Shown here: piece after piece, positions 52,312-64,000 of the stretch | Position numbering within the stretch: the stretch's first letter is position 1 | How the letters are laid out: each line of letters starts with the position of its first letter | Origin: the human T2T-CHM13v2.0 reference genome, Homo sapiens | Reading direction: 5' to 3' (one strand) | Assembly: GCF_009914755.1 (NCBI RefSeq) | Contig: NC_060947.1 | DNA: 64,000 bases | Notes under the pieces: generated by a model | Database searches by the model: none | Seen by the model: the letters and a program-made list of their open reading frames with translations, nothing else | What the model was told of the DNA's origin: nothing | Program-made: the position numbers and the translations under genes

Positions 52312-53186
52312 GGCCAGGAGTAGTGGCTCACGCCTGTAATCCTAACACTTTGGGAGGCCGAGAAGGGTGGACCACCTGAGGTCAAGAGTTAGAGACCAGC
52401 CTGGCCAATATGGTGAAACCCCATCTCTACTAAAAATGCAAAAATTAGCTGGGCATGGTTGTGGGCGCCTGTAATCCCAGCTACTCGGGAGGCTGAGGCA
52501 GGAGAATCGCTTGAACCGGGAGGTGGAGTTTGCAGTGAGCTGAGATTGTGCCATTGCACTCCAGCCTGGGCCACAGAGCAAGACTCCGTCTAAAAAAAAA
52601 AAAATGGAGTAGGAAAGGGGCAGGCATGAAGATTGTAATCTAACAGTGAGGCAAGTGGATCCCAGGAATTTGGGTCAATCCTTGGAAGATCAGGGATTTC
52701 TGACTAGGCCAGTCATGGAAGCAAGTATTGGCCCATGTGTCAAGAGTCTTTGAAAATTAGATGGGCCTGGGGAAAATTAGACACTAAAGTCAGTGAAAAC
52801 CAGGCAGTAAGTCATGAGAAGTTCAATATCTCTTCCTCCTGTCTTTTTTCTTTTTCTTTTGTTTTCTTTCTTTCTTTCTTTCTTTCTTTTTTAAGAGACA
52901 GAGTCTTGCTCTGTCACCTAGGCTGGAGTGCAGTGGCACGGTTATAGCTCACTGCAGCCTTGAACTCCTAGGCTCAACTGTTCCTCCTGCCTCAGCCTCC
53001 CAAGTAAGTAGCTGGGACTACAAGCTCAGATCACCATACCCAGCTAATTTTTTTATTTTTGTTTTTTGTAGAGATGGGATCTCACTATGTTGTCCAAGCT
53101 GGTCTTGAACTCCTGGGCTCAAGTGATTCTCCTGCCTCAGCCTTCCAAAATGCTAGGATTACAGGTGTGAGCCACAGCATTTGGCA
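52312..53186. mobile_element. Alus (+ 52312-52603, TSD aaaaaaatggagtag; - 52845-53186)
   Basis: Alu motifs. Confidence 0.9.
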
Positions 53187-53219
53187 CAGTGTTTCTTTTT
53201 TAAAAAAAAATAAATAATA

Positions 53220-54309
53220 GGCTTTTTTTAAGAAGAGCTTTAGATTTGCAGAACAACTGAGCCGATAGTGCAGAGTTACATGTTTCTCTCCCCAGCTTCC
53301 AGTGTTATTAACATCTTAAGTTAGTGTGGTACATTTGTAACAACTAAGGAGCCAGTATTCATATATTATTATTAATTAAAGTCCATAGTTACGTGAGGGT
53401 TTCCTCTTTGTGTTGTACATTTTGTGAATTTTGACAAATATATATACACACACACACTTATATGTATAATAACGTGTATCCACCATCATAGCATTACACA
53501 GAATAGTTTCACCACTGTAAAAACCCACTGTGTTCCACCCATTCATCCCTTCTTCCTCCTTGAACCCCTGGCAACCACTGATCTTATTGTTGTCTTATCT
53601 GTTTCCCCTTTTCCAGAATGTCATATGGTTGGAATCATACAGTATATGGCCTTTTCAGACTGGCTTCTTTCACTTAGCAATAGGCATTTAAGGTTCCTTT
53701 GTGTGTTTTGGGGGCTTGATAACCCATTTCTTTGTAGTGCTGAGTAATATTCCATTATGCGGGTGAGCCACAGTTTGTTTATCCATTCGCCCAGTGAAGG
53801 ATACTTTGGTTGCTTCCAGTGTTTGGTGATTACGAGTAAAGGTGCCATAAACCTCTGTGTGCAGGTTTTTGGAGCACGTAAGTTTTCAGCTTAGTTAGGT
53901 AAATACCTAGGGGCACAACGGCTGACTGTATGGTAAGACTCTGTTTGGCTTTGTAGGAAATTGCCGAACTGTCTTCTGAAGTAGCTGTACAATTGTGCAT
54001 TCCCATTAGCAACAAATGAGAGTTGCTGTTGTTCTGCATCCTGTCAGCATCTGGGATTGTCAGTTTTCTGGATTTTAGCCATTCTAATGTATGTAGTAGT
54101 ATCTCATTGTTACTTTAACTTGCAATTCCCTAATGATATATGATGTTCAGCATCTTTTCATATGCTTACTTGCCATCTGTATATCTCTTTGATGAGTTTT
54201 TTTCTGATCGTTTGCTCTTTGATTCAGTTGTTTATTTTCTCATCGTGGAGTTTTAAGAAATATGTATATATATATACACATACATATACACATATGTACA
54301 TATATCTGT

Positions 54310-54350
<41 letters not shown>

Positions 54351-54870
54351 AAAAAAAAATTAGAGACAAGGTCTTCTCTGTCGCCCAGGCTGGAGTGCAG
54401 TGGTGAGATCACAGCTCACAGCAGCCTCAACAGGTGTGAGCCACTATGCTGGCCTGCATATTTCAAATACAATCCTTAATCAGATATGGAATTTGCAAAT
54501 ATTTCCTCCCATTCTGTGACTTGTCTTCTCATTCTCTTAACAGTGTCTTTTGTAGACTTTTCAAATTTTAGTGATGCCCAACTTACCAATTTTTTTTTCT
54601 TTTACGCATCATGCTTTTGGTGTTCTAGCTACACAGTCATTACCAAACCCAAGGTCATCTAGATTTTCTATGTTATCTTCTAAGAGTTTTTATAGTTTTG
54701 CCTTTTACATTTGGGGGTATGTTCTATTTTAAGTTAATTTTTGTGAAAGATAAAAAGCCTAGTTTTTTTTTTTTTTTTGGCATATGGGTGTCCAGTTGTT
54801 CCAGCACCACTTGTTAAAAAGGATGAATTGCCTTTGCTCCTTTGTGAAAGATTAGTTAAGTATATTTGTG
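53220..54870 (-). mobile_element. L1 (L1MA/MB-type) fragment with internal (CA)n and an Alu piece
   Basis: ttggaatcatacagtatatggccttttcagactggcttctttcacttagcaata...tccagttgttccagcaccacttgttaaaa. Confidence 0.87.
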
Positions 54871-55599
54871 TGAATTCCTACTGCCTTTTAATTAAAATTT
54901 TGGGTACTGTTTATGGGGAATGCTGGTAGTATTTGTTGCAAGCAGATTCTTGTTTTCCCCTCCCTCCAGTCAATAACTGAAAATAAGTGTTTGCAACACA
55001 CACACGCGCACACACGCACATGGCTAGTGCAGTGGGTTTCTGTGTAAATCACTGTGGACCCCTCGCCCTGTTATCCTTTAGCTTTCTCAGAATACACTAC
55101 CTCCTTGCCGCTCTACTTTATTTCCTTGTTTTCTCCCACCTTATAGGACTGCACATTTGAAAAATCGTTGAAACAGATTAAATAACACAGTCTAATTATC
55201 ACCCACCTACAGTCCATCTAGTATTTCAAAAAGAGGAATTTTGGTGATTTCACGATAAATGTAGGCGGTCTCTCTTCCTGTCTTAGGTCTTACAGTGTCC
55301 TTTGGGGTCCTGTGAGTCTATGATAAAAGATATTGACTCTTTACGGGTAATAAGGGTGGTGGGATTATGGGGATATTGTCAAACAGTCAAGATGAATTCT
55401 CAGCTCTTTTGCATTGTCAATTACAGGAGCTCAGCTGTAAATCCTGGCCACACTGGGCTCCAGTTTGAAAGTGAGGATTTCCACCACTTTCCCATACTTT
55501 AAAAGACTGGCATCTGCCAAGTAATCAAAACACACAAAGAGGCCTTTTAACCAAGTTTAGCTTGGAATTTCCAACTGCTAACCACAAGCAGGTCTGGCA

Positions 55600-56058
55600 A
55601 GCTAGGAGGCTGGTTGGCTGCGCAGCTACTCCAGAGTGTGCGGTAGCCGAGGGCTGCGTCCGCGTAAAGCCCAGAGCTGTAATGATGTCAACTTGTTATT
55701 TACTTTCCAAATCTGAATGACTGAGCAAGGCGAAAGGAGAATCAATCAACCACAATGTGACCCTACAGGCGGAAAAAACGCAGCACTCCCACCAGCAGGC
55801 GGTGGGGGAAGGGAAGCACGTGTAGCCAGGGCAGGGTTGCATCATGAGCTCGTTCGGGTTTTCTATTGCACCCTTCGTTTTTCTATTGCATGTAATACCT
55901 CAGCATCAGTCTGCACAAGCCCAGGGAGCCCAGGAGCAACGAAGGGCAGGCTCAAGGGAAGGCCCCACCATGTCCTTCTGGGGGGCCTTGAATGGCAACT
56001 GATACATAATAAGACACAATCTATTCTGCTGATTCACAATTATGGAGACTGTGTAAGT
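55600..56058 (+). promoter_or_regulatory. TBL1X: Upstream promoter and candidate non-coding alternative first exon (donor after 56052), probably TBL1X
   Basis: Repeat-free, locally CpG-enriched; CTCF-like ccaccagcaggcgg at ~55789; E-box cacgtg at ~55817; donor TGT|GTAAGT at 56053. The gene assignment rests on recalled sequence and the ~2-kb spacing of first exons. Confidence 0.55.
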
Positions 56059-56186
56059 GTGTATTTTTTTATTGATGTCCTCTAATGATGGTGTAGCAAC
56101 AGTCGTTTTGCATCATTGACGTTTTACAGCAATATTTTGCAGGGTAATTTTGAGGTCCGCCGTTTTGGTGGAGGACCGGCCTCTTA

Positions 56187-56618
<432 letters not shown>

Positions 56619-57199
56619 TTAGCACGAAGCTCATTATATAGTAAAGGAAGGGGCAAGAATATTTGAAAAATATTCAACGAGGCTGACCCCAGAGGTGCTG
56701 GGGAGGGGGAGTGGAGATCTGTTTAACTGAATTAAGGCTGCGAGTGGTTGGGAGTAGCCTACGTGGAGGGGAGGAAGGAGCGCTGGGGACTTAGGTACAC
56801 CGGGGCCAGGCCGTGTAAGCCATTGCAACATAAAGCACTTTGCAAGGGCCAGAGGGCTGATGCCTGGGGGGTTGGGGTGGGAGTGATGAGGCCCGAGTGC
56901 CCAGGTCCCCCCAACCTCCTCAGCCCCCACACCCGAGTTCCTGGCGCCTATGCCTGTGTGTCTGAGTTTGTCCCTAAGCATTTCTGGCTCTTCTTGGGAG
57001 GTGTTTTGCAAAGGTCGAGGCTCCGCCGGAACCCCCACTTTTTGAGCTGGGGTAAAGACTACTGGGGTGTCTTCTAAGACGCCGATTTTGAGGGAGATTC
57101 ACCATCGGGCAGGTGGCAGGGGGTTCTGTTGGGGCAGCCGGGTGGCTTCCTTTTTGGGGTGGGGGAGGGTAACACTTTAGCAGTGATCGAGGTTCCCCT

Positions 57200-59050
57200 G
57201 CCCCCTAGAAACTGAGGGGGTGGCCGAGGTTCCCGTCCCCTCGAGGCAGTCGTGGAAAGGCTGGGTTTGGGATGTGATGGGGGTAGCCCTGGGGTCCTCG
57301 CAGTCCCACGGAGGCCACGGGGAAGGGACCGGGACCAGAGCAACTAGGGAGAGGCCCGGGTTCCCCTCACCCACCCTAGGCGTGGGGGAGCGGGGCGGGC
57401 TTGGTAGGGACGCTGGTCCCCCGACCGTGGGACAGGGGCTGGGTTGGGACGCGGGTCCCCACTAGGAGCCGCGGGGGAGGGGCAGGGCCGGAGTCCCTAC
57501 CCTCGTAGGGGAGGGGCTGGTTCGGGACGCGGCTCCCCCGGGGCGCAGGGGCGGGGCCGGGTGGTACGCCGGGTCCCCTCCCACGGCCGTGAGGGAGGGG
57601 CCGGCGGCGGGGGCGGACCCCTGGCGGTCCTCCTGGCTGGGGTCCGCGCGCTCGCGGCAGCTCCCCGTGGAGGTCACTGTCCGTGCCAGTCCCTCCCGCT
57701 GTCCCGCCCTCTCCCGCTGCCGCCGCCGCCGCCGCCGCGCCCGCCTCAGCGCCCCCACTCCGCGCTTGGGAGCGAGGAGCCGCCAGCGCCCCCGCCCCGC
57801 CGCCGCCGCAGCGCCCTCAGGCCGCCATTCGCCACCGAAACTTTCCAGCGCCCGCGCTCTCTCCGGGACTCGGCGGCGGCGGGGCGGGGGCGGCCCGGGG
57901 GCGGCGCGCGGCTGCTCCGGGGCGCCGGGCCCTCTTCGGCCGCCGCACGGCCGGGACTCGGAGGCTGCCGGCTGGAGGGAGGTTCGGAGCGCGGCCGGGC
58001 GCGCGGCGCCGCCACAAGTTGCGCTGCTCGCGACGAGGTGAGTGCGCAGGGCTCGGCGGGCCGGGCGCGGGGTCCGCAAACTTCTGCGGGGAGGCGGGTC
58101 CCGCGCTGACCCTCCAGGGTCCGGCCGGCGGCTCGGGGCGCCCGAACGCTCCACCCGCCCCTGGAACTCCTGTAGGTGCAGGTCGCCAACTGTCCCCGCG
58201 GCGCTCGGACTGGGGTGCGGCGCGCTCCCAGGAGCCTGAACAATACCCCGAGGTGGCCGCTCCCCGAAGTGCCGGCGCGCCTTGCGGGGAGAGACGGAGG
58301 TCGGCGGGGGGCTCCTTTGTTTTGGGGAGGGGGAAGTGGCCGGTAAGTTTAGGGAAGCGCTCGGCTTTTCCTCCGGTGCCCCTTTGTCTGCCGATTCAGG
58401 GGCTTGCTGGGCAAACCTGCGCCACCGCGGGCTCCGGGGACCGGGGTGGAGGGCGGTGGCGGGATTTCCCCGCTGTTGGGGAGAAGAGCCCCATTCATAC
58501 CCGGGACGCGGGCCGGCCCTCCCGGACCCGGGTGGAAGCGCAGCCTCGCGGAGTGGGGCAAGCGGCGGGCGAGGTGGCGCGGGCCCCGTGTCTGCTCAGT
58601 TTCTGACGCGCAGAAACTGTCAAGGAAGTCGGGAGCCCCAGTCCTCCGCCCATCTCCCCGGCCTGAGCGCACGGCTGGGCTGGGGGCACCCTTGGCCCGT
58701 CGAGGGTCTGCAGAGCGCCGCCCGGGGAGAGCGCAGACCTGTTGCTGCTCCTGGGCTCTGACGGGGCGGGTGGGGTGGGTCTCGCAGATCCTGGGCCCCG
58801 GCCTTGCTATCCAGGGGGACCTTCCCTAACGATGGGACCGGTGCTCGGAGTGGAGTATGGGGAGTGCGCCTTCGGGAGTCGGCGCTGGCCGGATATGTGA
58901 CAACTGTGGGTCGCTGGAGGCCCGCCTGCGCTGGGATAGGGCCTGGACTTCACGTGCGTCGCCTGTGTTCCGTCAGACCGGGGCCGGGGCTCGCTCCCTG
59001 CAAGGCCTCGTGTTCCCCCAGCCAGCTGCGTTGGACGTTCCACAAAGGTA
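57200..59050. promoter_or_regulatory. CpG island promoter
   Basis: Very high GC and CpG density, multiple GGGGCGG GC boxes, (GCC)n tract at ~57718-57737. Confidence 0.95.
57690..58037 (+). other. TBL1X: Candidate non-coding first exon (5'UTR), probably TBL1X; intron 1 follows
   Basis: GC-rich, ATG-free segment ending in the strong donor GAG|GTGAGT at 58038. TSS approximate; gene identity from recall only. Confidence 0.6.
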
Positions 59051-60914
59051 GGGACTGACGTTTATTCTCGAGTCAGTGATGTTCTGGAGCAAAACCTAAA
59101 AAGAAACAAAAACCTACCCTCTATTGTATTTGCAACTGTTTCTGCTTTGCATTGTCATGTGTGGTTTGACCTGCCTTTTGGATGTTTTCCTCTCCTGAAA
59201 CATCGCCCAGTCCCTGGTTTAACCTGGAAGGCGAGGGGGAAGGAAGGCAACCTCCCTGCTAAGGTTCCAGGCAGTGGCTTTGGTGTTGGAAGTGGCACTT
59301 GACGATTTTATGAAAAGTTTACAAGTCCTTCCTAGAAAAGATGTAATTAGGAAAAATAAAATACAGAAGAACGTTGAGTATGACGCGTTTATTTTAAAGG
59401 GTAGTCCTGTCTCAAATGTGCTGCACATTTTTGTGGAAAGCCACCAAGCTGGGTAACTAATGCAAACAACAAAAGTTGTTCATCACTGGATCACCGGCCC
59501 TTAAGGCGATTCCAGCCCTTAGTAGAACACACACCTGTAGGGCAAATATGGAGATTTGTGGTGTAGTGCTGCCACCCTCGCTCCCCAACTCTCAGGCATT
59601 TTGCCCCTTTACCTCAGAGAACTTCTCTCTGTCAGTGGTTTTAAAGAGGAAACAGTTTGCAAAAATAACTTTATTGTAGACATACTTAGAAGTGAATGTT
59701 TCAATTTCTGGAGTTTTCCCATCAATTATATCAGTACCACTGGTTCTGTACGACATCATCTTAGTTAGAAGATTTTTTTTCACCTTTTAAGGTGACGAAC
59801 AGAGGCGGGAAAATGGTCCCTGCAGAGGGAGGCCATCTCCAGCAGGTCCCGAGGGTCAGGAATTCAGATTATCCGATCTACTCCTGCTGGATAGGAGCAC
59901 ACCTCCGCTAGAACCTGGGTCCGGCCCCCTCCCAGTTTTCTGCAGGGCGTCCAGATTCCGGTGCTCTGCCCCGCAGCAGTGCCCTGTGGGCCTCCTGGCT
60001 TAGCTGATCAGCACAGCTTCTCTGCCCAGCGAGGCAGGACCATCCTCCCACTGCTTTCCTGATGCCTTGGATTTGCTTTTTTTCCTCCCTTAGGAAAAGC
60101 AAAAAAACCTAATATGCTACATCCGAGAAGTTGTTAATCTTTCACTACCACATGCATTGAAAAATCAGTTCCACCCAGGAAGCAACACTAAAGGCATATT
60201 GTAAACACTTTTTTTTTTTTTAGTCGGAAAGATAAACTTTTTTCCCCCATAACTATTTTTAGTTAGCCGGAGACTGGACTCGAGTTTTTACCTCCGGTCT
60301 TGCCCCCTCCACTCCCGCCCTCACTTTCTGTGGGGCTCGACCACATGGACCATGCTGGCCAGACTGGCAAACATGAAACCCACCAGAACCAAAAGAAAAG
60401 CTGGATATGGGAAGGGGCCGAAGAAGTCCACATGTTTCTAAAGGGCAAAGAGCCTAGGCTGAGGAGAGACGTTTCAGATCTCCAGGGGAGAAAGACAGCC
60501 GTTAAGGAGTCCGCCGGGCTGCTGCCTGCCTGGCCAGCGGGAGCCTGACTTCAGATGCCTGCGCCTCCCAAGCTGGCCCCCTCCCACACAGCCATCGCCA
60601 TCCAGTATTTAGGGAGAATCCACCGCATGCCTGAAGGTTGCAGAAGTGAATTGGAAACCGTTACAAATGGAATTGGAACAAATTTAAAGTTAAGATGGAA
60701 GAGAGAATATGTTGAGTTTTCAGAGGAAGTCGGGTACTGCTTCCTTTTCTTGTCTAGGTTTGTTCTTGTCCGATGGGATCAGAGAGATTTGAGATGGGGC
60801 ATGATAGGCGGCGGGTTCAGGAGAAAGGGAAGCTTTAGAAATGAAGGTAGAAAAGATGCTTGCTTATTGGAACAGTATTTTCAACGTTGAGCTCTGGAAT
60901 GTTGCAGCCAACTA

Positions 60915-60985
60915 ATGGTTCTCATTTGGGACAGTTTTGTCCCCCACTTTTGAAGGGAGCATTTGCCAATGTCTGGAGACATTTC
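60915..60985. mobile_element. MER20-like fragment
   Basis: tggttctca...ttttgtccccc...catttgccaatgtctggagacattt. Confidence 0.65.
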
Positions 60986-61434
60986 CCTTCCTGCAACTGT
61001 TAAATTAGCAAACAGGTTGAGCCAGCTGGGTGTGGACCTGCATTTTCCTCGTGGAGGCCCTCTTCCAAGTGTCAGTAGGAAAAGGGCTCCCAGAGTGTGG
61101 TCCTGCTGCGGGACCTTGGCCCCCACGTCCAAGTGAGCCCCAGAGGTGCCCCAAGCCCTGCCTGGTCATGGGGAATCTGGGCTCCCGCTGAACTTGGGCG
61201 CTGGGGACAGCTATGAGGGAAACCTGGTTTGCAGCTAGCTTGCCGTGCACTGACTGGAGCTTTGGGCAAATCAGTGAACTTCTCTAACATTAATTTTCTC
61301 ATTGAGAGAGGAGGTGGGTAGGGGTATATATATATATATGTAATTATATATATAGGGGTCGGGTAGAGGGAGAGAGAGATTTCCCAGGCTCCTTGTATTA
61401 AAGGAGATAGAGTTATTATATTTCTCATTTAGTT

Positions 61435-63541
<2,107 letters not shown>

Positions 63542-64000
63542 TAGAGGATGTTACCCTCACCTTTATTGCACAGTCCTACCAAAAGGTACTTCATATGTGA
63601 AATGTATCAGAAGGTTATAGTCATGGCTTTAGTTTAAAAACAGGATACATGTTCATTAAGGACCTTTGCCGTTTTCCCAATGGGTTAATCACGTAAATAT
63701 AAAATAGGCTAAAAATATCAAGTTGTTTTTGCCTTTGTTGTAGAAATAAAAAAATGAATTCCTACATCTGTGTTTCTATGGAGCTGCTAACCTGTGTTTT
63801 ACTCTGGGCCATATGTCGCTTTCTGTGATCTCATGACGTGGCATGTTTTCTAATATAATCCTTGTCCTGGCATTTTGGTGACTTTTGTCCTGCCTGAGGT
63901 GGTCTACCTGGTTGTGTGAAGTCACAGAACCTGTGCATGTCCTACCGTGTAGAGTTAAAGGGCTGGATGAGTGGCCTCAAGCCTTTTCCTCCCTCCCAGG

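Noticed and set aside
57444-58829. Long ORFs (221, 230, 307 aa) in the CpG island
   Set aside because: Overlapping on both strands, Ala/Arg/Gly/Pro-rich and mostly non-ATG starts, as expected from stop-codon scarcity in very GC-rich DNA.

Overview
Human (primate) genomic DNA, Alu-dense, with no supportable protein-coding exon. It is most likely the region upstream of TBL1X on Xp22, identified from recalled first-exon sequence and not from a search. The window opens inside the 3' end of an unusual tandem array (1 to ~7350) of short (S) and long (L) ~1-kb units: 931, 1045, 931, 1045, 932, 1045 and 1045 bp, then a diverged terminal unit. The array was amplified from part of a processed CDYL pseudogene, whose single-copy 3'UTR and poly(A) remnant continue to ~8712. 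Every complete unit carries a 3'-truncated, TSD-flanked 5S rRNA retrocopy with an internal fold-back hairpin. The L units also carry a 76-nt inverted copy of the unit's own sequence, so a read-through transcript would form repeated long dsRNA stems; this makes it a candidate hairpin-RNA/small-RNA locus (inference). The middle ~47 kb is mostly Alu, L1, MaLR/MLT2 LTR and DNA-transposon relics. It also holds a locally duplicated UBC retro-fragment, a truncated U3 retrocopy, a GC-box VNTR, a degenerate ZNF143/Staf-like repeat, a candidate enhancer and an inverted Alu pair with signs of gene conversion. A CpG-island promoter with two or three candidate alternative non-coding first exons (+ strand) lies at ~55.6-59.1 kb. 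Comparisons to CDYL, 5S, UBC, U3 and repeat consensus sequences are from memory and need confirmation by alignment.
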